Source: Mobula hypostoma (Eukaryota). From it: a stretch of 64,000 bases of DNA. The stretch spans positions 27,220,001-27,284,000 of the forward strand of contig NC_086097.1 in the NCBI RefSeq assembly GCF_963921235.1. The letters are read 5' to 3'. Shown here in pieces: positions 12,109 to 23,039 of this stretch. Each line of letters opens with the position of its first letter. Within the stretch, counting starts at the first letter, position 1. The notes under the pieces were generated by a model that worked only from the letters and a program-made list of their open reading frames with translations, had not been told where the DNA came from and ran no database searches. Both the position numbers and the translations under genes were made by a program.

Positions 12109-13309
12109 CAGTGTGCAAAAGTCTTGGGCTCCCTAGATTTTTTAATATAAATTGTTAGATGCTTTGTTTTTTGCAATAGTGTTCTGAGACAGAGGCCTAC
12201 TCGCCTGCCACAGCAAACTACACAGCAATAGGCTGCTGACAGAATCCTTTGGCAGCAATCCAAAGGAAGGTGCTCGGCACTGAAACTTGTTCACTTGCGG
12301 ATTCAATGTGTCAGTCTACCTCAAGGCTTTAATTAGCGAAATGGATTTGAACAGTGGCCTGTCCCTGTCTCAAAGTTTCTTTGCATTGAGGCCATCCAAG
12401 TTGCACTTGGTTCCCAGAATCTTCTCAGACAGCAGAGCTGGATCCACCTAATGATCTCCAAACTGTAAATCTCAGGCCCTAACTCTTAACAGTCCCAGGT
12501 ACATGTTTAAGGTGAAAACAGCTGTAAAAGTAAAAAGAATATTTTTGTGCTATCTGGAAGATGTGGACCGAGGGAGCTTTGTACACTAGCACCACCTTGA
12601 CTGGAAAAAGGACTGGGGTGCTGAACAGTGGCAGCAAGTGTTCGGGAATGATGAATCAAAAGTTTCATTTTTTGGCATAAACAGGAGGCAATTTGTGTAT
12701 TGGTGAGTGGTATGTGGATGAGTATCTGCAGCCAACAGTGAAGCATGGCAGGTTTTTTGTAGTTTGGGGCTGCATTTCTGCAAATGGAGTTGGTGCTCTG
12801 GTCAGAATTAATGGAATCCTCAGTGCTGAGAAGTAAAAGCAGATTCTCGCCCAATTAGGAAGGCATCTGGTCCCAATTTCATTCTGCTGCAGGACCCCAA
12901 CTTGGCCAAGGTCATAAGGATCTATCTTCAGTGAAAAGAAAAGGAGCGGTGCAACATATGGTATGGTCCCCACAAGAGCCTTGGTCTCAACATCATTGAG
13001 GCTGTCTGGGATTACCTGGAGAGACAGAAGCAAGTGGGACAACCCTGCAGAAGAACTGCGGCAAGTTCTCCAAGATGCTTGGATAACCTGCCAGCCATTT
13101 TTAAAAATTAAATGTGTATGAATGTATGTATTATTTAGTTGTGTGTATATGTGTGTGTGTGTGTGTGTATATCTCTCACAACTGAGAAGAATTGATATAG
13201 TTTAAAGGCAGAGGGTAGTCTGTTTTTTGGTACTTTTCATTCCCTTATTTTTGAAAGCATCTTGGCATTACAATTTTTTACATGTGCCCAAGACTTCTGC
13301 ATAGTACTG
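12109..13309 (+). mobile_element. Decayed Tc1/mariner DNA transposon in intron 5
   Basis: TA at 12107-12108; left TIR CAGTGTGCAAAAGTCTTGGGC and right TIR GCCCAAGACTTCTGCATAGTACTG. Broken transposase motifs WQQVFGNDESK, LQPTVKHG, VWGCISANGVGALVRINGIL and LNIIEAVWDYL. Confidence 0.88.
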
Positions 13310-15572
13310 CATGCTTATTTTCAGTTTGTTTTATGGATATTTTCTAGGTTTAATGTTAAAATTGATAGTGTCCTGTTAATGCCACTGGGATTGCTTTAAA
13401 CTTTATACAAACAGGCTGGGAGAATGGCTGAACCTACCTAATAAGTGGCTACACACTGGGCCATACTGCTTGTAGTGGTGCTTAATATGCTATCTGGTGT
13501 AGATTATAAAGCAACAGGTAGCTATGGAGGAATTTGACAAATTAATATATTTTTGCTACATTTTTATTTCCATGCATTTGTGAAACGTGCACTTTATAAA
13601 GCTGCATGATGTTTCACTTTCCACTCTATAACTGGAAAGTGTTTTTGGCTCTTGCTTAGATGGTCTTCTATAATGAGCTAGACAAGGTTCCAAGTTTACC
13701 CAGTCCATTGTAATGGTCAGCTTTAGCTGCTGGTCTCAATTTACACCATGGATCACTTTTGTAGATTAAACTGTCTGGGATTTAAATAAGTCCAATTGGA
13801 CAGTGAGCATATGAATGTTTAAAAAAAAAAGATGGCTGTTGTGGAACCACAAAACAATGTATTCATTTGCCTGATTCAGAATCAAAGAACTTGCTGTTTA
13901 GGTTTTGCATATTACTTTGCAAAGCATTGACATAAAACGGGGAGGGCTCCTAATTTCACTTGGAGTGCTGTCTAAGCCTTGCCAGCTGAGATTGTCCAGT
14001 TAGCTTGTTGTCCATCCATTTTCCATGGCAAGTTTCCTTCTATTTACAGCTTTTGAACTTGATACTACTTTGAGAAAGTTAACTATTGTAAAACTGGTGC
14101 AGAGATTTCCCAAATGTAATGGTGTTCCATCTCCAGAATTTAATTTTCTTGGTCTCCATTGTCCACACTTAAAGCATTGAGCCGTCTAACTGATCGTATG
14201 CATAGGTCTTGATTTGGTCAATTGTAGTTGTATTGATGCTCTTTGCTGTAATTACCTTGTGGTGTGAAATCTCATTTCTGTGTAAAGTTATTCAATAATT
14301 TGCCCTTGCACACTTGTGAAGCCCATGCAGGTTATGTATGCCAAAGTTTAAATCAAGTGGCCATTTTAATGAATGGCATGATAGAGCCTGTAAAAATTCC
14401 AAATGCTTGAGATTGGAAGCAGTACATTTATGATGCCAGGCTAGAGACAGTAGGATTGGTGCCTTTTCTGGAATAGTTGTTTGAGATATTGCCTGCTTCT
14501 TGACTAGATTCCTTCCTTTTCTACTTGTGCCTAGCTTCTGCGTTTAAAGAAAAACAATTTTGACATGTTCAGTCACAACATTTCGGCATTTACACAGTCC
14601 AGAGCAGAATGTCAAGAACCAGTATGTAAACCAGGCGTCTGTTGCAGATGATGGGTATAATTATATGAAGCAGATGCTGTGCTAATCAGATAGGAAACAA
14701 ACTCAAGACTTGTGCTGAGTCAGAATGTTGACAATTTAAAGATCATAGGGTTTGCAGTAAATTTTGTTTTTGAATTGATCTTGTTTTGCTGACTGCTTGT
14801 GGGTGATGTGGCTTGCGTTGTGTTTAATTCTCATCCTAGATTCTTCTAAATGCAAGGAGTTGCTTTATGGGATTTGGGAAGCTTGTGAGCAGTGTGTTGT
14901 ATACAATTTAAATTCAAATCCATCAGTATAGTTGGTCCTGGTTTTTTGAGGTTGAATTCAATTTTAAACTAGTCTGTGTGTCAGTCTGACGCTTCTAGAT
15001 CAGGTTAGACCTTCACCCGTTAAAAATAAATAATTTGGGGCAGAAATGGTGGAGCAGAATGGTTGAAGAAAGGTTTCTCTGGATTACCACTGTTCCTACT
15101 TGACCTCTTTGCAGTATACAGTATTACCACATGTAACTGAGCGAGGTACCTTCAAGTTGGTCACACTGAACATGACGGTATTGGGTCAGTGATGCAGAAT
15201 AATGAACAGGGCAACTGGCTGCTGTTTATTGGCTCTATGCTAAATGAGAGATTATTTTGTTGCTTTGAGGCAATTGCTTGTCCTTTGAAATGATAGTCAT
15301 TTACATAATTACCTTGACAGTGGTGATAATATTTTCAAATCTTAGTGCTTGAAGTTCTTCTGCTCCTTTTACTGCAATTGGTTATGTTCTAGCTTTCAAT
15401 TCAGAAGTATTGCAGGCTATTCCAAATTTGCAACAGTCTGTTGCATTGAAATGTGTGTTACACTGAGTCTGGGTATATTAGATCTATTTGAAGCTGTGCG
15501 TGCAGACATGTCTGAATTATTACTGATATTTTCAAAACAAACCAGTTCATCCTTGTCTGTTTCCCTCCACAG

Positions 15573-15601
15573 AATTCGTACAGATGATGACTGCAAAATG
15601 A
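15573..15601 (+). CDS. calm1: Calmodulin terminal coding exon 6 (EFVQMMTAK*)
   Basis: ttccctccacAG acceptor and TGA at 15599-15601. Exons 2-6 total 447 nt; with an upstream ATG this gives 149 codons plus stop, matching canonical vertebrate calmodulin. The paralogue call (calm1) rests on recalled 3'UTR similarity, not on the protein. Confidence 0.97.
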
Positions 15602-16314
15602 AGACTTTTACCTTTCCCCTTCCTAGAAAAGTTGAAATCTTTTACTTACCTCTTGCAAAATGTTCATTTATTCATTCTGTTTCTGTATAGCAAAAGTTAC
15701 TGAATGTCAAAAAAATAAAACCTGTCCACAAACTCTGCATGTAAAATGATCAGTGGTCCTGTCCCCAAAGATCTTCAAGCCATGCATCAGTAAAACTTGT
15801 ACTACCTTAAAAACAAAGCACTTGGACTCTATGAAGTTCCATGCTAATAACTACACTGTTTGGGCTGGCCAGTTTTTCATGCATGCAGCTTGACAGTTGA
15901 GCACAGCCTGGCTCTTAATTCCACTTTATGTTCTTTGTGGGAATAGCTTAGTTTTTTCCGGTTGTATATTGTACAGGATAATTGTTCCTGAAAAGTTGGT
16001 TAATTTTGTGTGCTACGGCAAACTACAATAGAGGGTTGTAATTGTGTGACGGCCCCTGGAGTGGAATCGTTCTCATACTTAACAGTGTGCTCAAACAATT
16101 ACCAGGACTGAAGATCTTATTTTAAATATTAAAAAAAGGATGGCATGTCTGTATAAAACTTGGTTAAAGTGTCTGCATTGCACTATAGTGAAACGGATGT
16201 CAGGCAATTTACCGTTCACTGAATTTTTAAAATAACCTATGAAAAAGGGGGTGTCTTGAACTCTCATGTTTATCTTCTGTTCTATACCATAACTTGGAGC
16301 AGTCAGATTATATA

Positions 16315-17426
16315 CAGTGCCTTGTAAAAGTATTCAGTCCCCAACTCTTTAATTCACATAAATGAGTATTACAAATGGGGATTTTGATCAATTTCACTGA
16401 GAATTTGTATTTGTGAATTATGCTCTATTTCCCCCACAATAGAGCCCCCAAAAAACAGGGAAAATTGCAAAGCATGGTAAACTAAAAATTTAAAAAAACA
16501 AATGTCAGCACTTCAAAAGTATTCATTCCCTTTTGCTCATACTTAGTTGAACCACCTCTTGCAGCTATTACAGCCACAAGTCTTTTTGATAAGTCTTTGT
16601 TTAGATTTGCACAACATAAAGCAAGATATGCCTGTGCCTTGCAAAATTGCTCAAGCTGTGCTAGGTTAGTTGGGCAGCAGGGGTAGACAACAGTGTTGAG
16701 GTCTTGGCAGAGATGTTGGATCAAGTTAGTTCAGGACTCTGGGGCACTCAGTGATACAATTTTCTAAATTTGCAGCTACTGTGTGGTTCTGGCAATATTC
16801 TTTGGGCTGTTCTGTGGAAACACTACCTTCCTTCCCAATTTAAGCTTTGACAGGCTAGCAGGTTGAGATCAAAAATTTCCACTTCAGTCTCAACTGACCA
16901 CAGATCATCTTCCACATCTTTACAGTATGTTCTAAGTGATGCTGTGGTTTCACATTTTCCCATGTTTTCATGATGGACTGCACTGAGCTCTGAGATACAG
17001 TATGTTCAGTACCTTTGAGATGGTCTTGTACCCTTCCCTAAATTCTCTTATCATTACCCTAACTTATCTTGAATGTTCTTTTGTCTTCATTTTGGTTTGG
17101 TGAAAATTTATAATACTGTTGGACCTTACATGGAGGTATTATGAATTCATTAAAAACAGGTAATCCTCTGATTTTCTACATTAAATTTGGTGAGTTGATA
17201 TGGTAATGTAAAATATTGCATCTAAGGAAAGTTAGCATAGCAGTTACAAAGGGGATGAATACTTTTCAGCCTTAAACATTTTGGTTTTGATTTTTCAGGT
17301 TTTGGAATTAGTTTTGATTTGACATGCACAATGTTTTGTAGATTAGCTCAATCCTATTTAAATATATTTTAAATTTAGAGTAAAATGTGAAAATAGTTGA
17401 GTTCTGAATACTTTTTCAAGGCACTA
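16315..17426 (-). mobile_element. Internally deleted Tc1-like (IR/DR-type) transposon inside the calmodulin 3'UTR
   Basis: TA flanks at 16313-14 and 17427-28. TIRs CAGTGCCTTGTAAAAGTATTCAG / CTGAATACTTTTTCAAGGCACTA (21/23 match); inner repeats AAAAGTATTCAT at 16515 and reverse at 17255. Minus-strand transposase relics MKTKEHS..GYKTISKVLNI (from 17090) and NLAQLEQFCK..KRLVAVIAARGGSTKY. Confidence 0.92.
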
Positions 17427-17514
17427 TACATAGGATTTCAGCACAATGACGACATGGCTGTTCAGCAAATTACAATTATGTTCATTCCAAGTTGTAAATG
17501 CTAGTCTTTTTTCC

Positions 17515-17520
17515 AATAAA
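17515..17520 (+). terminator. AATAAA polyadenylation signal of calmodulin
   Basis: AATAAA within the conserved 3'UTR block, followed by U/GU-rich sequence. A further AATAAA lies at 15714-15719. Confidence 0.7.
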
Positions 17521-20500
17521 AGACCATTAACTTAAGTCTCTTTGGTGCCAAAATTATTTGCTATTAATTATTTGCACAAACTGTACATGACTTCAAATTG
17601 TTGGATTTTCATAATGACCACTGCTTCAACCTAAAACCAGTAAGTAAATATTTGTAATACATGATTTTATTAATAACTTTGGTGGTCTTATTTGCAAAAG
17701 CTGATATGCAGCAAAATCAAACCACATGTAATTTAATGTTGGTATGACCTGATTTAAATTTCTTAAGTTAAATGGTCACTAGTTAATTGCTGCAAATTAT
17801 ACATTCGTACCAAACCAAGCAATTTCCAATTTTTTCTTAAAAAAGGTTCAAGTCTTCCTGCTGTATGGGAAAATTCAAGGTTTTGAAAGCTTAAGTAACA
17901 ATGCTAAACTATGTTGGCTGTTGAATTTGTCATCCTTTCAGGTAACTGCAGAAATGTATACTTTGGCCTATCTCTTTGCACACTGCTATCAAGGGTGTTA
18001 TTTCTTCCTTGACCTGAGGTGTCTTTAATGTTCAAAAGATGAAGAATAGTTATGGAAGTCTGCTGCTAATCAAAAGGAAACTGGAGATGAAACAAAACAA
18101 GGCCTGCTTGCCCCTTCCGTGCTTCCATCCCCATTTGTATCACCTTAAAACCCAAGGTTCTTGATATTTTATAGGGTTGGATTACATTCCTCCCTTCCTC
18201 CCAATTCGGACAGTGCATAGGCCTGGGGGTTCTTGAGGGCAGCTTTGTCCTTACTGGTTGCAGATGTGCAGTTCCAGTCCTGCAAGTACTCATTAGCATT
18301 CTTGAATTTGAACCACAGCCAAGGCCATGATAAACTGGCACTGAACTGTTTATCTAAAGATGTAATTGTTTTTGGGATTGATAATGATGCATCTGAAATA
18401 TTGTAGGCAGGTTGTATGCTGATAGTGCATCTTTCTTGATGCTGTTAGATGTGGAGATGCTCGTTTCTCAAACGTGTTATCAGATGAAATTTAATGTTGC
18501 TATGTTGTAAATATGCAGACCAAACTTGATGCTTTCTGTATTAAAGTTTTAGCAAAAGCAACACCAATAAACTGAGCCAGTAGTGCTATTTGTGAATAGC
18601 ATTGTGAATTTGTCAAATTTTTCCCAGCTTGTCTACAATTAGTACTTTGTACCTTGAGGCAGTGCATTTTCACTCACTAGACCAATGTTCATTGACATTA
18701 CTTTGAAATGCGATTTAACATTTGTAAATTTTTTTTGAAGTGAATGCATAGTCTACATCTAACCTTGACTGAAGTACAAATGATTATGGGGGAAGTGGAA
18801 TGACAATTTCGTTGTTCCAAACAAACGGAAGCTGTTTCTTTTTACGTGTTACTTTGAAATCTGAGGGTGGGGCATTGGTGATGTGATTGCTGAGCCAGCA
18901 CTCACTTGATAAAGCAAAATCTTTAATAAGAATGGAAAAGAAAACTGTCTAGTCATGTTCATAATCAACTAAAACATGAGGCACTTGTTCCTGCTTCTAA
19001 ACATATCTGGGGCAGCTTTGCACCTTTTTTTCATGAGGTACATGGAAAGGAAGGGAGGGTTTGGGCAGATGTGATGGCAACGATTAAGATTATTTTCTGT
19101 TAATGCATTTATATGGGGGGCGGAATATAGGATATGTGCAAGCAAATGGACTGGGAGTTTATTTTTGATGGTTGCTTCAATAGGGTGGGGCTGAAAAACC
19201 CATTGGTTTGGTGTGCTTTATCTTGGTCCTATGTTATATTTAACCTCTATATACCAGCACTATATTCTATCTGCTTGGAGATGGTGGGTACTGTTTGCAC
19301 AGATTATCACTGAATTTTTCATGTTCATGCTACTGGTAAAGCTAGCATTGCCCATACCTAGTTGCCCCTTAACTCAAAATTCAACTGCACCAGTGTCTGG
19401 AATTGTATGGCCAGATTAGGTAAGAGTGCTTGCTATATTAGCAATCCAGTTAGTAAGTATTCGCCATTGCTAGGTAGTCTTCCTTCCTTCCTCCCTCCCT
19501 CCCTCCCACCCATGCTTCCAAGCAGCTGGTGCATATCAATGGCTCTATTTTTGATTTCTATTATCTTCAACTATTACATACTGCTATGGAGATTTAGTGA
19601 TCAATTTTCTTTGGCTACTATCTACAATGAGCGTCAGTTGTGTTTGTGGGCTGCAGAGTTTGCCTAACTCAATGATGGCCTAGTGATTTGGTATATTTAA
19701 AATGGCTATTAGGGTATCAGGTTGTGGGGAGAAGATGGGGAATGAGGTTGATGGATAATAAACTGCCATAGTAAAATGAAGATTTGATGGGCTGAATGGC
19801 CTAATTGTGCTATGTTCTGTCTTATTGCAACCAATGTTAAGCTGCCACCCATTTCCTACTTCAATTTTATTGAACAAACAATGCAGGAATATTACTCCGA
19901 CCTAAGTAGCTCACACATGTTTCCCTTTTGAGCACATAAGCAGTCACTGGAATGATGTGCAGAAGCCATTTGTGCACAAGTTGAGCTGTTTGGAAAGATC
20001 GATTGAACAAATTTTGACACCTTTCCTGATGATATTCAAAATTAATGCACTCCTTTTGAATTGTTTCAGGCAACATCAGATGGCAATTAACTTGTGTAAA
20101 GTATTCACCCAGTCAATCTGGTTTTGCCAATCTGCATTGCAAACTGTTTGGAAATGCCAGCGCATGTTTCAGAATAAACAGTCAAAGTAGGATTTGATGA
20201 CTCCACCTTTGCTGGATGTGGCAAATGTCCATCTCTATCCTGTGGTCATTTGGTTCCTTGCCACCAGTGGGCATGGTGTCTGAAATTTTGTGCCCTTGCA
20301 AATTAATCTTGGTTTGTTTCCAGCTGTCTTTCAATATCAAGGACTTCTGTATTTGAGTTGCCCAATAATCCTAAATTACTTTTCCCATTGGGTTTTCAGG
20401 CTCACATGAGAACTGCAGGTATGGAGGGATATTAGATTCAACTTTATTATCATTGTGCCAAGTACACATGCAAAGTCAATGAAATGCAATTAGCATCTGA

Positions 20501-20864
20501 CCAGAAGTGCAAAAGAATAGTATTATTTACAAAATAATTTAAGTGCTACAGCATACAAATATAAAAGTACTGAGACAGTCCAGTATGAGTGCAATTCTGC
20601 TTAGCGCTGTGATGTGAGGTGCAAGCAGTTTAAATTGTTTGGTATGGACTAGATGGGCAGAAGGGGCTGTTTTGTGCTGCTCTTTCTATGACCGGGAAGT
20701 TTGATTTTCAACGACCCAACCCCAGGTAGTGCCAGCAACTACAATTGATAGCCTGTAGTTGTGATAATGGAAAGTTTGCATGTTTATTCAATGCATTCTC
20801 AGTTAATCTTACTAAGATAATGAATTAAAGACAACCAATACTCAAACTGAAGTTAGTCTACTGT

Positions 20865-21620
20865 AGATGAGAAAATCTGCAGATGCAGGAAATCCAAGCA
20901 AAATGCTGGAGGAAATCTGCGGGCCAGGCAGCATCTATAGAAAAGTGTAAACAGTTGATGTTTTGGACCAGAGTCCTTAATCAGGATGGGTTGGGGGTGG
21001 GGGGGGGGGAAGGATGTACAAAGTTGTAGGTGATAGGTGAAATTGGGGGAAGGGGGGAAGTAAAGAGCTGGGAAGCTGATCAGAGAAAGGGCTGGAGGGG
21101 GAGTCTGATGGGAGAGGACAGAAGGCCTGGAAGAAAGGGAAGGGCAGGAGCACCAGAGGGAGGTGATGGACAGGTAAGGAGATGAGGTGAGGGGAAAACA
21201 GGAATGAAGGGGGGCCAGTTACTGGAAGATGAAGAGATTGATGTTTGTGCCATTAATTTGGAGGCTACCCGGGTGAAATGTTCCCCCAGCCTGAGCATAG
21301 CCTCACTGCAGCAGTTGCAGAGGCAATGGACTGACATGTTGGAATGGGAAGAATTAAAATGGGTGGTCTCCAGGAGATTCCACTTTTTCTGGTGAAGCAA
21401 ACTCCCAATCTGTCAGGTCTTGCCAATTTATACAGGAGACTACACTGAGAGCACTTAATATAGTAGATGATCTCAACAGACTCAGATGAAGTGTTGCCTC
21501 ATCTAGGACTGTTGGGGCCCTGAATGGTAGTGAGGGGGATAGTGTTGGGACAGGTACGGCACTTGTTCCGGCTGCAAGGATAAGTACCACGGAGTTCAGT
21601 GGGGAGTGAGCGATCCCTGT
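20865..21620 (-). mobile_element. Penelope-like retroelement relic: GIY-YIG endonuclease C-terminus plus 3' region with degenerate hammerhead
   Basis: Minus strand CSRNKCRTCP..TTIQGPQQS, then ESVEIIYYIKCSQCSLLY/IGKT (GIY-YIG motif, 21416-21483, one frameshift), then THFNSSHSNMSVH..EAMLRLGEH. Hammerhead relic at ~20952-20987. Confidence 0.85.
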
Positions 21621-22559
21621 ATAAAGTGGGAATGGAAAAATGTGCTCCTGTCTCCATTTTATTACACAACTACTCTTCCTATCCAAGTAAAGGTCAGTAT
21701 CTATTTGCCTTATCTGGGTGCATCTGCTACATCCAGATAAAGCAAACATGGATACAAGTCTGTTGGTCTGATGAGTCCGGACTCTGGTCCCAATTTCCTG
21801 CTTTTGGCCCATGTCTGTCTCAGCCCAGTAGCCCTGATGTAACTATGCAAGTGCTTCTTAAATGAAGCTATTGTATCTGCTTCAACTACTTTTGGCAGCT
21901 TGTTCCACCCTTTGCATGAAAATGTTGCCCCTCAATCACTTTTCAATCTTTCTCCCTAAATCTAAGCCACTTTGGTCTTTTTTGGCAACCTTTTAAACCA
22001 GAATTTAATTTTCTTTACTAAATTGCAATCACATGCCTTTCAAATGAGTAATTCAAGACTGTTCTTGGTTGCAATCATAAATAAAAGGGGCTTTCAATGA
22101 AAGCTCTATCATTTTTGTTTGGTCTACACTTGCCATCACAGAAGTAAATTGCTAGAAAGCATATTTGGACCAGGTGGCATTTGTAGAAATACAGCACCTG
22201 AAAGGGGGTTAGAGGCAGAAAATATCACTGTATATCCAAGTTATTTATAAACATTTGCAGAAATGGTGGGTGTATAGACTCATCAAGGAAGTGGAATAGC
22301 TAGAAGTAATCCATTGTTGACTTGCATGGATACATCAGGCTAGGTGTACCCCTGCATATAAAGTTCTAATTCAACTTCATAAAACTGGCAGGCAGGTAGT
22401 TGAAGTGTGAGCTCTTCCTAAGTATCAAAATGTGCTAGATCTTGCAATCAATATTGCTGTTTCTTGCCTATTGAACTAGAAAGGAAAAAAGTGCAGTGGT
22501 TCAGCACATTGAGATACGTAGGTGTGTGTGTGTGTTGCAAAATACTTGACATGAGATCT

Positions 22560-22925
22560 ACAAATGCTGGAGAAACTCAGTTGATCAGCCACATTCATGG
22601 AGAGGAATAAGCAATTGACATTTTGGACAGAGACTCTCCATTAGGACTTGAAAGGAAGGGAGCAGAAACCAGAATAATAAGATGGGGGAGAGGAAGAAAT
22701 GCAAGCTGTCAGGTAGTGGGTGAAGCCAGGTGAGGGGGAAGTTAGGTGGGTGGGAAATGGGTGTATGAAGTGCCTTCCCATTCACCTGCCAGCTTGTACT
22801 CCTTTCTCTTCCCCATCTTATTCTGGCTTCTCCCTTCCTTTACAGTTCTGATGAAGGATCTCAGCCTAAAATTGGACTCTTCATTGTTCTCGGTAGATGC
22901 TGCCTTGCCTGTTTTCCCACCACTG
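22560..22925. mobile_element. Older Penelope-like inverted pair with two degenerate hammerheads
   Basis: Left arm AGAAACCAGAATAATAAGATGGGG pairs with right arm CCCCATCTTATTCTGGCTTCT; CTGATGAAGGATCTCAGCCTAAAATTGGAC at ~22848. Confidence 0.7.
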
Positions 22926-23039
22926 AACTTGAGCTTGTGAGAACATAAACAGCTGTCCAAGCACAGCATTCAAGTCCTTGAAGTTTGTGGCATTCATGGC
23001 AAAACTGGCTCCCTGGGGCTGCTCCCTTACATTGAGCCC

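Larger units (their letters stand above)
15602..17540 (+). other. calm1: Calmodulin (CALM1-type) 3'UTR, interrupted by a Tc1 element
   Basis: Blocks AATCTTTTACTTACCTCTTGCAAAA, TTCATTTATTCATTCTGTTTCT, TACACTGTTTGGGCTGGCCAGTTTTTCATGCATGCAGCTTGAC and CATTCCAAGTTGTAAATGCTAGTCTTTTTTCCAATAAAAGACCATTAACTTAA match my recollection of the mammalian CALM1 3'UTR (not verified by search). Confidence 0.8.

Noticed and set aside
15349..15690. 113-aa plus ORF spanning exon 6
   Set aside because: Different frame from calmodulin, starts in the intron at a non-ATG codon, no recognisable domain.
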